In this document: in pieces, positions 30,821 to 42,200 of the stretch | Position numbering within the stretch: the stretch's first letter is position 1 | Layout: every line of letters begins with the position of its first letter | Source: a virus | Virus record (IMG/VR): IMGVR_UViG_3300009158_000001 | Location: 64,001-128,000 of that record | DNA length: 64,000 nucleotides | Reading direction: 5' to 3' (one strand) | Position numbers and translations under genes: made by a program | Notes under the pieces: model-generated | What the model saw: only the letters and a program-made list of their open reading frames with translations | Told to the model about the DNA's origin: nothing | Database searches by the model: none

Positions 30821-33080
30821 TATCTATATTAACTCCAAGTGCAATCTTTTTCCAGAAATCCAAAGTTTCACCTTTGCTTATTATAGATGATTTGGCTTTG
30901 TCACAGTTAGTTAAGTTAAATCTTCTATCTGTTAGAGGATTATACAACTGAGCAGTATTTTTGCCTTCAATATCCTTAAGGCCTATGTTGTTTTCAACAA
31001 TAACTCCTGGTTGACTCTTCCCATTTATAGCAGCGCCAGCTTCTTCCATTATTTTTGTAAGTTCACTGCTAGAGAAAGGAGACTCAATAACAAACCCAGT
31101 CTCATTGCCTTGCTGATCATAAACAGGCATTTTCGTACAAACTTCAATACCTCTATCAGCTAACTCTAGCAACGCACCAAGAATAGAATAAAGAGTGCTT
31201 AGTGCCATAATCTTTGCGGCAACTTGAATTCTTGTTGCTGTCTTACTATTTAGCCAACTATTTAATCCCTCAATTGCTAAAGTCACTTGGCTGCAATTGT
31301 TTTCTAGCATTTTTCCTGCGCCACTAAGTATCATGTTAAATATCTCAACAATATCTCCATTCTCAACAAAAGCAACATTAGACAAAAACTTAACAACCTC
31401 TTCCCCTGTAGAAGCTTTGTCTGGCTTTTTAGTTGGATTGGTCTGGGAAATATCAAAGTCTCTAAGGTAACCAGCAAATGAATTCACAGCATCTTGCAAG
31501 TCAGCTCTATCAATACTAGAAAGGGTATTTGCATGATCACTCCATTTTCTTAGGAGTTCTTTTTCTTTATCATTCTCTGGGACTTTACCATTATGAATAT
31601 CTGAGATCTCAGACATACTCCAGCCATAGGTAGGATTAGGCAAGGCTTTGTTTATGTCCATCAAGGAGATCACAGACTTAGATGTACAACCTGCATATAT
31701 CTCCCAAGGACTGAAAGACCATCTTAATCCTAGTTTAATAGCTGCAAGTAAAGGTCCAAGAATCATTGCAATCAAGTCTCCTAAGAAACCTGAAAAATTC
31801 AAGACAACCTCTTGCCATGAAAATCTAATCATTGCAAGAATAGATGCCGCAAGGAATGCAATCTCAATTGGACAAAGTGTACCTAGTCTAACTAGGCTGC
31901 AATAGTTTTGTTTTATTAGAAATTCTGTATCAAGGGCATTTAGAATTTTGTCAAAAAGAAAAGTTAGATTATCCAAAAGCAACTTAGCATCAAATTCAAA
32001 CTCCAAGCCAAGCTTAAAGCTTTTAAGCCCTCCCCATGCTCCATCAAGAAAACAATCAAAACAATTGCTTAAGACGTCGTCAAACTCAAAATGAAACTTT
32101 CTACCTTTGAATCCTACATTCAAAGGTTCTTTCTTTCCGAACAAATTATCTACATATGAATTTTGCTCGTCTACTGCCCCAAGAGTAGTTTCGATAAAAG
32201 AAGCTGAATTCTTTATGTCATTTGCAGAACTTCTAAGTGGAATGATAGCAAGCTTATTTGAGATATTCCCTTCTTTGAGAAAAGCTTCATCATTGTCCCA
32301 GTATCCAGTTAACTCATCTAGAGCACCAGCAAAAGTAGTATTCTCGATATCCTTGACTTGGAACTTAGTAAAAAGATAAATTCTATACCCTAATTCTATA
32401 CCTGCTCCAGAGCCAGGAGAGATAACTTCTGCTGCTATATATTTAGCATCATTTTTTTTGAAATTATCAAGCAACCAAGTAATTGCTTCTTGCTTAAATT
32501 CTTTATGCTTTTCTTCTATGTCAATGTACTTGCCACTGTTACTTTTATAATAAAACTTATTTAAAGCAATGTCTGCCTTAATTTCTGCTAGTTTTTCTTT
32601 CTTGTCTTTTATCTTTCTACTTTCAGTATAACTAGCTTGGCCAAGTACATGATTTGGATTATAGAAATCCATTAGTGATTTGTGGTTTTCGTTGTCCACG
32701 TCGTATGGCAAATCATAATCAATTGTTTCTAGTTCCTTATCAAGATTGGTAATGAGATTTTCAACCTTAGATTTTAACTCAGAAACTCTTTTTCTATTGT
32801 CTTGGCGAAGAAGATTTACAGCTTCTGGATTATAAGCCTCATCATTTGCACCAAAGACTACTTTCTCATCTAAGACTTGGTTATAAACCTGATTCTTTTT
32901 AAATGAATTTATTAAGTCAGAGATAACTTTTGAGGCTTGCTCTGGTGTTAAAGTAGAGCCTTTGTTTTGCGCATCTTTAGTTAAGTTGGGGTCAATGACT
33001 GTAACATCAGATAGACTAAGATTCTGAGTTACCTCTTTGTCAATGTTAAGAGGTGGGCGACTAAGTTTTCCAGATCTCAT
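30813..33080 (-). CDS. Hypothetical protein with hydrophobic Cys-containing central region (755 aa)
   Basis: Long ORF overlapping both neighbours; no family recognised. Confidence 0.6.
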   Translation of the reverse strand: MRSGKLSRPPLNIDKEVTQNLSLSDVTVIDPNLTKDAQNKGSTLTPEQASKVISDLINSFKKNQVYNQVLDEKVVFGANDEAYNPEAVNLLRQDNRKRVSELKSKVENLITNLDKELETIDYDLPYDVDNENHKSLMDFYNPNHVLGQASYTESRKIKDKKEKLAEIKADIALNKFYYKSNSGKYIDIEEKHKEFKQEAITWLLDNFKKNDAKYIAAEVISPGSGAGIELGYRIYLFTKFQVKDIENTTFAGALDELTGYWDNDEAFLKEGNISNKLAIIPLRSSANDIKNSASFIETTLGAVDEQNSYVDNLFGKKEPLNVGFKGRKFHFEFDDVLSNCFDCFLDGAWGGLKSFKLGLEFEFDAKLLLDNLTFLFDKILNALDTEFLIKQNYCSLVRLGTLCPIEIAFLAASILAMIRFSWQEVVLNFSGFLGDLIAMILGPLLAAIKLGLRWSFSPWEIYAGCTSKSVISLMDINKALPNPTYGWSMSEISDIHNGKVPENDKEKELLRKWSDHANTLSSIDRADLQDAVNSFAGYLRDFDISQTNPTKKPDKASTGEEVVKFLSNVAFVENGDIVEIFNMILSGAGKMLENNCSQVTLAIEGLNSWLNSKTATRIQVAAKIMALSTLYSILGALLELADRGIEVCTKMPVYDQQGNETGFVIESPFSSSELTKIMEEAGAAINGKSQPGVIVENNIGLKDIEGKNTAQLYNPLTDRRFNLTNCDKAKSSIISKGETLDFWKKIALGVNIDNV

Positions 33081-33511
33081 TATGCAATCTCCGCAGCAGT
33101 AATAACAATGTTAGATTCTGTTAGATATTTTGCACCAGTACCTCTTGGTACGTAAATACGAAGAGCAAAATAAACAGATGACTCTTCTCCCTTGGGAATA
33201 GAAGTAAGTGTTATAGAATTACTGTAAGGTACGTTCTCCCAGAGCTCAAGGCTAGGAATATCAGTTAGTGTTTCAATTGCTAGTAGTTGATAATATATTC
33301 CAGTCTGCTCAGAGATAGGAAGATCTTGACCAGCATTATCTTTTAAGGAAATAGTTATATTGCTATAACCTTTACTATAGTCGCTTATATTGGACAAGTA
33401 GAATTTACTTATTTGATAGGTACCATCAGTTGTGTCGTGGTACGAAACAATAGGATTTTCATTGTTATTGATTTCTGAATCATCAATGACAGTGTAGAGT
33501 TTTAAAGCCAT
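33080..33511 (-). CDS. Hypothetical beta-rich protein (143 aa)
   Basis: GAGG SD; TAATG coupling to the next gene. Confidence 0.6.
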   Translation of the reverse strand: MALKLYTVIDDSEINNNENPIVSYHDTTDGTYQISKFYLSNISDYSKGYSNITISLKDNAGQDLPISEQTGIYYQLLAIETLTDIPSLELWENVPYSNSITLTSIPKGEESSVYFALRIYVPRGTGAKYLTESNIVITAAEIA

Positions 33512-33518
33512 GTGTCCT

Positions 33519-35660
33519 CTATTTAATAGTTCGACCGCTAGGTCGTTGGTAGTTGTGTCGTGAGTTAAACACTGGAGCTATTGCTTGTCCCATGTTTCCT
33601 TTTCCGTCTCTAGTAACAATCATATCTCTTTCCCAGGCCCTTCTATCAAGGTCACTGTAGTGTTCTGTTGTCTTTTGGTAAGGACCAGAACCATTTTTCC
33701 TGCTATCTATAGCAGAGTTTCTTTCATTTTGCAAGTGTCTTAGTAACTCGCCACCTGTTAATTTCTTGCCATAAGGATCTTGATTCTGATCATTTAGCAT
33801 TGAATGGCCAAGCGTCTCAGTTATTCCAAAGTTAGAAACCATTCCCTTAGACATAGCTAAAGGTCCTTCTTCTATAGTAAAAGCTACAAGGCTAAGCATA
33901 AATGCGTCCAGAGCATGGTCACCAATGCTAGTATTGTCTTGTCCAAATACAGGAGTTCCGTTTGGCTGACGAGACTTAATAATATAGTTAAGTAGTTGTT
34001 TTCTAAGCAATTCATCTTCAAAGGAAAACCTAACAATCTTGTCTTCAAATCTTCTGACTGCGTTCTCTACTAGAAATGGCTTAGCCGGGTGTTCAACAAT
34101 TCTCCCCGTTGACGGTTCTCTTATAGAAACTTTGCTACCAAAGTCATAAGCCTTTACTTTTCTTTGAACATTAAATTCGTATGTGCCCGCTTTCTGCTGA
34201 GAGGACCACATTTTGAGTGTCTCCCATTGAGTAGCACCGTGTCCTTTGTCAACATAGATATGTTGAGGTTGCCAGAAACTTAAAAGTTCTGTTATTTTCT
34301 GGAGACCTTGCAACTGTGTAAAGTTTTGCTTTGGAACATTTATAATTTCCATTACCTGTAATCCAACTTGCGGATGAAATCCAGTTATACATATCCAAGT
34401 ACCAAAGCTAGTATTCCAGTCAACTCCTAGACTAAATCTAAATCCAGTAAGATCTCCTTTCATTTTTGCTTCTCTCATCTGACTATAACTATAGCCATCC
34501 ATAGCACTAGCAACTAATGGAGCAGCAAAGACGCCATCTGCATTGCTAATAAACATAGCCATGACTTCCTGCAACCAACTGTCACTTGTATACTCGCGCC
34601 TCATTTCGTTTCTTAATGATCTCCAACTAATCTTTGTCTGTGCAAAAGGAGTTTCATCAATAACTGCAGTTGGAAAATAGAATTCTTTCCAGTCTACTGC
34701 TTCTTGGCACCATTCATAAAACTTGCTACGAAGACCACTTGGAGTAGATGCAGCTCTTATTAAGCAATCACTGTGAGACTGTGCAATAGGAAGGATTGTA
34801 GTAAAGTCCTTCTCAGTCATATAATCAACCTCATCAAGAATAATAACGTGGGCATCCTGACCACGGACTGCACTAGCACCATTACTGCCAGTCGTGAATC
34901 CAGAGATAATTGCGCCATTATCAAGTCTTAACTGATGATAAGGTGACTGCTTATATCTAAACTCTTTTTTAAGACTAAGGTTGCTATTAAGCAATTCAAG
35001 TATTCTATTAAATATTGCAGTTACTTGAGAATCAAAAGGGCAACAAACAAGAATCTTGATTCCATTGACTTTCTCTTTTATGTCTTCGTCAAAGTATTCT
35101 CTGATTCGAGTAAAAGCATGAAACAATATTTCAATAGCCAAAGCATCTGACTTCCCAGATCTTCTACCAAACCTATAAACCTTTTTCTTACTTTGACATC
35201 TTAAGGCAATCTCTTGATGTGCTCTAGGTTTCCAGTTAAACATTTTACTAGCAAATGTGACGGGATCAGTATTGATGACTAATGCGTCCTTCTCTTCAGG
35301 TGAAAGTTCACTAGCAAATTCTGAGTACTGTTCTAGGTAGTCCTCTGGTATTAGTGGGCAACTAATCTGAAAAGCATGAGTGGGAAAAGTCTTTGGATCA
35401 GCTTTAACCTTTCTCTTGCTTTCAATGGGATGTGTTGGATAGTCTTTCTTGTATTTCTCAATATGAGATACTTGACAGTTCTGGCATCCTACTGTGCACT
35501 TTGCATTTGTTTTAGTTTTTGTGCGAAGACCATAGTTCTCAATATAATCTTGCAAAAACCCAGAGTCTATTTTTGTCCAGTAGTCTACATAAGAAACATC
35601 TACACTCTCCGTATCAACTTTCTTAAATAGATCTTCTAATTTTAATATTTTATTTTTCAT
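33519..35660 (-). CDS. terL: Terminase large subunit
   Basis: Walker A GRRSGKS, Walker B IILDE, ASTP motif III, RNase H-like GVDW and DHALDA. Start moved to ATG 35660, just after the upstream stop. Confidence 0.92.
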   Translation of the reverse strand: MKNKILKLEDLFKKVDTESVDVSYVDYWTKIDSGFLQDYIENYGLRTKTKTNAKCTVGCQNCQVSHIEKYKKDYPTHPIESKRKVKADPKTFPTHAFQISCPLIPEDYLEQYSEFASELSPEEKDALVINTDPVTFASKMFNWKPRAHQEIALRCQSKKKVYRFGRRSGKSDALAIEILFHAFTRIREYFDEDIKEKVNGIKILVCCPFDSQVTAIFNRILELLNSNLSLKKEFRYKQSPYHQLRLDNGAIISGFTTGSNGASAVRGQDAHVIILDEVDYMTEKDFTTILPIAQSHSDCLIRAASTPSGLRSKFYEWCQEAVDWKEFYFPTAVIDETPFAQTKISWRSLRNEMRREYTSDSWLQEVMAMFISNADGVFAAPLVASAMDGYSYSQMREAKMKGDLTGFRFSLGVDWNTSFGTWICITGFHPQVGLQVMEIINVPKQNFTQLQGLQKITELLSFWQPQHIYVDKGHGATQWETLKMWSSQQKAGTYEFNVQRKVKAYDFGSKVSIREPSTGRIVEHPAKPFLVENAVRRFEDKIVRFSFEDELLRKQLLNYIIKSRQPNGTPVFGQDNTSIGDHALDAFMLSLVAFTIEEGPLAMSKGMVSNFGITETLGHSMLNDQNQDPYGKKLTGGELLRHLQNERNSAIDSRKNGSGPYQKTTEHYSDLDRRAWERDMIVTRDGKGNMGQAIAPVFNSRHNYQRPSGRTIK

Positions 35661-35661
35661 A

Positions 35662-38600
35662 CTAAAATGATAGCATTTGTCTACTTCCCCAAACCTTTGT
35701 TGTTGTTGCATATCTTGATCTTGGAGCACTTAACATTGATGCTTCACTTCCTAGATGTCTTAAAGTCGAGAATTGAGACTGCTCCATTGCTTTCAAACTC
35801 CGGCCTCTCATTGTAGCAGGAACACTGCCAGAAAAACTTGAGACTCCTTTTGCCCAACTTGTTTTCTGTGATCTCATAGACTGTAAGTATTGATTCCCTT
35901 CGTTTCTGACATCAAAAATCTTAAAAGCAGCATATCCTATACCAACTAGCGCCCCTGCGCCCATTACCCCTGCCGCGCCATTAAGAAGTAGAGTTCCTGC
36001 AACTTTATTAAATATGGCTGCCGAAAGATAGCCAGTAATTGCTCCTTTTATTCCTCCAATCAATCCTTCTTTTTGGTAACCGTGTATAGCATCTTTTGCT
36101 GCAAAATATAAAGACATAGCACCCGGAAACAAAGTGCCAACACCACCCCATCTTGCCAAGAATTTATTTACACTTGAACCTTTTCCGCCTAAAGCTCTAT
36201 AGGCAGTTCGTCTAGTGCCACTGCCAAGTCCTTGTGAGTTCATTATGTAGTGATCCCAAGCTTGGTATAACTCCTTCTCACTCCTAACAGTAGCCCAACC
36301 TTCTATTCCCCCATTTCTTGCAATGCCAGGGGCCGCATACTTTCCTGTGCCATTTGCGTTCCATACTCTACCCCATTTAGTATCGATGACACCGCCAGTA
36401 GTACTTTGTCGTCTAACATATCCCCAGTCGTTAATGACTGATGACATACTGCCAGCAAGTCCTCTAGTAGTTAATTCAAGTTCATTCTCAATAAGAGAAG
36501 CTCTTCCTCCTATGAGATCCCTTCCGGTTGGAATTCTAAATCGAGGTGCTTTGTCTCCTAAAGCTTCCTCAGCAAACTCTCCTATCTTCTTTTCCGATTT
36601 AGCTACCCTAGAAGACCAAGCTTTCCAGCCAGCGATAGCAATACCAGTACCAGCAACCGCTGCAATTACTGGCATAATATTACTGCCTCCTGCGGCCCCT
36701 CCTAATTCTGCAGCTTTTGCAGTTGCGGGTAAACCTACCAGAAGAGCAACCGCACCTCCTGCGCCAAAGATTTTTAAGAATTTACCAAAGAAACCTTTTT
36801 TGCCAGCAACCTCAACAGTCTCTTCAATTGCTGATTCTATTGCGCCTTTGGGAACAGTTCTTTTTACTTTACCAGCTCTAACTCTTTTCTTAAAGTTCTC
36901 AACAGCGTCTCTACCGCTGGCAAAAAAAGATTTCTTAGCATTTGCTTCTTTTGGAAGTAATTCTTCAACATAATCAGGAGCCGTCATTGTATTAACAATT
37001 GAATTCTTATCATAACTATCTGGATTGATATTCAATGCCGGATTTATAGTTGGATCTATAGCCTGAGCAAGAACAAGTGCACCTTTTTCATCTACTGCAT
37101 AAAGTCCTGTCCCATTAGCAATCGCGTGCGTACTGTCATTCATCTTGTGGCCAGGGTTTATATTGAAATAGTGTTGATAGATGGGATGGCCTGCAATGAG
37201 ATCTATATCATCTATAGATGTCACCATAAGAACTCTTAAAACTTCCTGAGCATCTCTTGTAAGTTTGCCTTTGTCAATGTATGCACCAGTCAACATCCAT
37301 TTTAACTCTTGGAGGCCCCTCGCTTTCATAATATCTGGGTCGTCAAGTTGGTTCGTCAACCGAAGATGTCCATAGCGCTCAAAAACTTTATTAACCTTTG
37401 CTTCTATATCGGCCATATGTTCATAAAGGGTTTTTTCTTCACTTGTTTTTATAAGTTCAATGCCAAGATCAGTATTCGCATTTTGATGAAAAATTTCCGA
37501 GCTTATGTGTCTACCCTCATCGCTCCTCACAAAATTATAAGTCTCCTCAGAATTCATAAAATTAGCTGCTGTGGGTTTTCCTGTTGTTGGATTTGGTCTT
37601 CCTCCCAACAACATTCTTACATGCTCTACTTGCTCTACCAGCTTTTGCTGTCTTGGTGACCTCTCTGCGGGTGCCGTCATAAGAATCTTTTCCCATCCAT
37701 GCATTGATTGAGATTGTCTTGTAAACGCTAATCGTCCAGCATTTGTTTCATTAGGCCTATAAAAAAAGGTTAAACGCTGAAACCCGCGTGGTGCAGGCAT
37801 TAACATTCCTCTTTTATTAAATCTTTTATTAATTCTTGATAATTTTAATCTATCTTCAAATTCTTTTATAGGTAAACGAACTGAAGACTCACGAATGGGA
37901 CCATACTTTGCCTTGCGAAGTCTGTCACGTTCAGGATACCTTCCTTCTCTGGTTTTTCTGAAAGATTTAAATTTCTCTTTTCTTTCTTTCTTTAGCCTTT
38001 GAGCTCTTTCTTTCTTTCTTTTTTCTCGTATCTCAAGTTGTTTTTCTTTTGTTTGTCTAGGGTATTTCCTTCGAAGTTTTCTTTTTCTCTCTATTGCCTC
38101 GCTTTGTACCTTTGCTTTGGCCATTTTTTTCTTTCGTCGCTCAAGATCACGAAGCTCTAACCTACGTTCTTGAGATGAAAGTCCGCTATTATTAATCCTG
38201 TCATTCTCATATCTGAGTGTTTGTTCTTCTAAGTACTTACTGTGGGCTTTTTTATTTATAGGCATCCAATCAGTATGTTTTTTAGTATCAAAAGGCTGAT
38301 CAACACCTTCTTTGTCGAGAGCGTGTAAAGCTTTTTTTCTGTCAAATTTTAAAGCTGACCTGTCAAGTACGGCACCAACAGTCCCACCTCTATGATGGCC
38401 TAGGCCATCAACTGTAAAGAAATCATAACCAAGATCTCTTATTGCATCTTGGGTAACTTTATTTTCAAGAGCATACCATTTACCTTGCTGTATTTTCTCT
38501 TGAAGGCTATTGACAGCTCTTTCCCCAAGTGCAGGATTTGTTGATCCCCATTCTCCATCACGTAAAAATTCAGCAGCGGATCCTTCTGCCGACTGGCCAC

Positions 38601-39264
38601 CAGCAGTGGCGCGCCTCATTTCTGCAGTTTCTTCTTTGGTATAAACTTCTCCTCTTAATACAGCGTGAAGTCTATCACTTAACTCTGCAACATGCGTTGG
38701 GTCATGGTGGTTGAAGACTTTTTTTGGACTAACTCGTCCTTCATACATCCATTTTGTATGAAGATTTTCCATGGTCTCCGACCGTAAAAAACTCTGCGAT
38801 GTAAATTCGCTATGACTGACAAAGACTGCATTTGCTGTTCGCGCGCCGCCTGTGTCAAATCCCGCTGCATTTGCTATATTTCCACCGGGTCTTCTTTGAC
38901 CATGGAACACAGGTGTTTCTTCCCAATATTTTTCAATAGTTGGAGGAAAACTTTCTTGTGGATTTGCTCTTACATCTTCTCTTGTTAAACGATAATGATC
39001 CTTTGCTCTTCCCCAGCCAGGAACATCTTCACCAACCATTTGATCTTCAGTCCAGCCAGCATATCTTCTCATTGCAACTTCATGACGTTTCATGGCGGCT
39101 TCGCTGCGCGGTTGAACTTCAGGTCCGACTGGACCAGACTTCAACTGTTGTCGCCAGCTTGAAGGACTCACTGTATCAATGCCCTTCATATAGTCTGGGC
39201 TTAAAACGCTAAGTACTTTTTTTTGCTCTACAGCTTCTTTTCGTCCTATAGGGCGTGTTTTCAT
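35662..39264 (-). CDS. Putative ejection protein: ADP-ribosyltransferase-like N-terminus plus shared C-terminal domain
   Basis: VFHG...F...VFVS...GYDFF...AVLD ART-like pattern; highly basic middle region; TM helices; C-terminal domain paralogous to the next two genes. Confidence 0.55.
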   Translation of the reverse strand: MKTRPIGRKEAVEQKKVLSVLSPDYMKGIDTVSPSSWRQQLKSGPVGPEVQPRSEAAMKRHEVAMRRYAGWTEDQMVGEDVPGWGRAKDHYRLTREDVRANPQESFPPTIEKYWEETPVFHGQRRPGGNIANAAGFDTGGARTANAVFVSHSEFTSQSFLRSETMENLHTKWMYEGRVSPKKVFNHHDPTHVAELSDRLHAVLRGEVYTKEETAEMRRATAGGQSAEGSAAEFLRDGEWGSTNPALGERAVNSLQEKIQQGKWYALENKVTQDAIRDLGYDFFTVDGLGHHRGGTVGAVLDRSALKFDRKKALHALDKEGVDQPFDTKKHTDWMPINKKAHSKYLEEQTLRYENDRINNSGLSSQERRLELRDLERRKKKMAKAKVQSEAIERKRKLRRKYPRQTKEKQLEIREKRKKERAQRLKKERKEKFKSFRKTREGRYPERDRLRKAKYGPIRESSVRLPIKEFEDRLKLSRINKRFNKRGMLMPAPRGFQRLTFFYRPNETNAGRLAFTRQSQSMHGWEKILMTAPAERSPRQQKLVEQVEHVRMLLGGRPNPTTGKPTAANFMNSEETYNFVRSDEGRHISSEIFHQNANTDLGIELIKTSEEKTLYEHMADIEAKVNKVFERYGHLRLTNQLDDPDIMKARGLQELKWMLTGAYIDKGKLTRDAQEVLRVLMVTSIDDIDLIAGHPIYQHYFNINPGHKMNDSTHAIANGTGLYAVDEKGALVLAQAIDPTINPALNINPDSYDKNSIVNTMTAPDYVEELLPKEANAKKSFFASGRDAVENFKKRVRAGKVKRTVPKGAIESAIEETVEVAGKKGFFGKFLKIFGAGGAVALLVGLPATAKAAELGGAAGGSNIMPVIAAVAGTGIAIAGWKAWSSRVAKSEKKIGEFAEEALGDKAPRFRIPTGRDLIGGRASLIENELELTTRGLAGSMSSVINDWGYVRRQSTTGGVIDTKWGRVWNANGTGKYAAPGIARNGGIEGWATVRSEKELYQAWDHYIMNSQGLGSGTRRTAYRALGGKGSSVNKFLARWGGVGTLFPGAMSLYFAAKDAIHGYQKEGLIGGIKGAITGYLSAAIFNKVAGTLLLNGAAGVMGAGALVGIGYAAFKIFDVRNEGNQYLQSMRSQKTSWAKGVSSFSGSVPATMRGRSLKAMEQSQFSTLRHLGSEASMLSAPRSRYATTTKVWGSRQMLSF

Positions 39265-39274
39265 TTTAGTTTCC

Positions 39275-42200
39275 TTAGTAAGACATCATTGGGGAACTAT
39301 TACCCATTATAGTATTACTTGCGTATCTACTTCTAGGTGAGGTAATCATATAGGCTTCATTGCCTAAGCTCTTCATAGAGGAGTACTTTGAATTTTCTAT
39401 TGCCGCAATTGCGCGTTGTCTCATTGTTGCAACAGTTGAACTAGCAATAGACATACTAACATTTGTTGTCCAACTTGTACGTTGTCTGTTGTTTTGCAAA
39501 TATAGATTGCCCTCTGTCATTACCTCAAACATTCTTTTACTTGCGTACCCAACAGCACCAAGAACGCCCAAGGCTGCCGTCCCAGCAATAGGATTAAGTA
39601 ATGCGCTTCCTATTATTCTATTAGTTATAGCTGCCTTTAAGTATCCCTGTGCTGCTCCCGTTATCCCTCCCATAATGCCATTTTTATCATAGCCTTCTAC
39701 CGCATCTTTACCTGCAAAATACAAAGCAATACCTGTAGGAAGAACAGTACCAAATCCGCCCATTCTAGCAAGCCATCTATTTGCACTTGAATTTTTACCG
39801 CCTAAAAGACCATAGGCAAATCTTCTAGTACCAGATCCCAATCCTTTGCTATTAGTTATATAATCGTCCCATTGCGAATAAAGTTCTCTTTTGCCGGAAA
39901 CTCTCATCCATCCTTCTTCTGAAGGAGCAACGTATCTGCCCAATCCCTTTGTAGTCCATGCTCTGCCCCATCTTGTATCAATGGTTCCACCTGTTGCAGA
40001 CTCTCGACGATTAAAGCCCCATTCGTTAATAATGGATGACATGCTACCTGCAAGTCCTTTGGTCGTAAGCTCTAGCTCGCGTTCAATAAAGCCACCTCGA
40101 CTAGAGGCTACGCTCATAATACTTGGAATTTTTCCTAACGCAGAACCAACTGAAGAAGTTAACCTAGATCTTGTTGCTGGATTAATTCTAGAGTAACCAA
40201 ATGCAAGAGCACCAACAGCTGCTATTCCTCCTAGGACTGCAAGTCCTCCTGCTCCTGAGGAAGAACCTGCTGCTGCGCCTAAAGTACTTGCACTTGCAAC
40301 AGAAGGCAAACCAACGCCAACGCCTACGGCAAGTAAAGCTCCAAGTATTCCTTTGTTAGAAAGTTTTTCTCTTATTTCTCCAGCTAATTTCTTTGCGCCC
40401 TTTCTTTTAACAAAATTTCTAACTGCTTCTGAATAGGACCTTCTTACAGCCTTGGCAGTGTCACCTATTTTTAAGACCTGAGGGCCAGTTTCGCCAGAGG
40501 CAGCTCGGCGAAGCGAAGTTGATTCTTCTATCCTGGTGTCCATAGTACGTAAAGAGTCTACGAATTCATCGTACTCGCGGCTATCTCTGAATGAGCCCTG
40601 AAAAGTAGATATAAGCCTTTGCTCGTCTCCAGAAAACTGTAAATTATTCGAGGCTCGGCGATAAACTTTCATTTCATCTGCGTATTGCGCTTTTAAAGCT
40701 TCTGTTTGTCCAAAATCTCCTCTAGCCTGTGCTTCTTTTATTGCTTCTGTAGGAGCAACAGGCTGAGTGGGTAACTCCGCACCATACAGTAATTTTTCAA
40801 ATTCTTTTTTAAAAGCTATGACTTCTTCATCATTTGCTAGCTCTGACTCTTTCCATTTTATAGGATTATCCAGTATAGCCTCATCAGTGCCTGGTATATA
40901 GTCTTCAGGATGCTTAACTTTACCAGCATAGTAATCGTGCAAAGTTTCTTCAAGTTCTTTCCAACCTACAGGGTCTGCTTCAAATATCTCAGGACTTAGT
41001 CTGGCTTGATCGCCAATATTGTCATATAGAATATCCCATGTCTCAGTCTCAGGATTATGTTTCCATATTCTAACTGGATCAGCAAGAGTAGGCGTTCTTG
41101 GAGGCACCATTGAGTCGGGATTCGGAACTTCTTTTTGGTGCATACTAAGCCACGTACTTTCGTCGTACGCTGACTCAATTAAAATATTTCCTTTTGCAAT
41201 CCTATGATCTGGGTCGCTAGAAGTAAACTGGTCACGAATATATGGAGACAGCCTTGCACCTGGGCTTTTAAAATTTCTTGGCGCAGTTCCACTCGGCCCA
41301 TAGCCAAATTCGGGAGTTCCTTTTGCAAAATAAGGATCTGGTGCAATTCCCCCCTTCAAGGTTACTGATCTTGGTCCAAAAGAATCACGCTCTGCCATTA
41401 ATCCCTGAACGCCACTGCCCCCAGCAAGAGGATCAACGCCAATAATAGTTGCTTTCTCTGGACTTAATTTCCCAGCCTTAACAGCTTTAATATCCTCAAG
41501 TAAATCTTGAGCCCCATGCTCATCAGTAAATCGATAAGCTCTGTCTTCTCGAAATAAAATATCAAAATCAGCTAGTGGAGCAGACGTGCCATGGGCTGCT
41601 CCAGCGGCCGCAGCCGAGTATATTCTTTGATTAGTCTTAGCAATTCTAGTAAGGTTAGTATATTGGCTATTAGCGGGGCCAATGCTAGTAATTTGAGGTT
41701 CAGCTTTTGTCCATTCTGACAAATGCTCTGCAAAGATTTGGCTATTCAAAAACTCAGGAAAAGTTTCCTGTCTCTTATCAGTAAACCTATGAAGTATGCC
41801 TTGCCATCTGTTATTTTCACCTCTACCAAAAAGAGCAAATCCAGGAGATGGAACATTGGCGGTATTTGGATCAATCCCTGCTGTTCGAAGTTTAATATCT
41901 TCTATGCCTGGCGTGTCAAACTGAATAAGAGCTGAACCATATGTTGGGTCTGCTAAAAGTGCCTCACTAGCAATTGGCTTACCTTTTGATACAGTAGCCA
42001 TGATTTCTTGGACACGTGGATCTCGAAAATTCAACTCTCCTGAATTTTCTATCATAGAGTCAAGAAAACCTTGATGAGCATAGGCATAATGTCTTTCTGG
42101 AGTATATAAAAGATTATCAGGTAATCTTTCACCCCCTAGAGCAAGGTCTCCGCCTCGACGTAAGCCAAGATTATACTCGCTTAAAGCTTGGTTTGTTCCA

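Noticed and set aside
35661-35729. Longer terminase N-terminus given in the ORF track
   Set aside because: It overlaps the upstream gene; ATG 35660 directly after that stop is more plausible.
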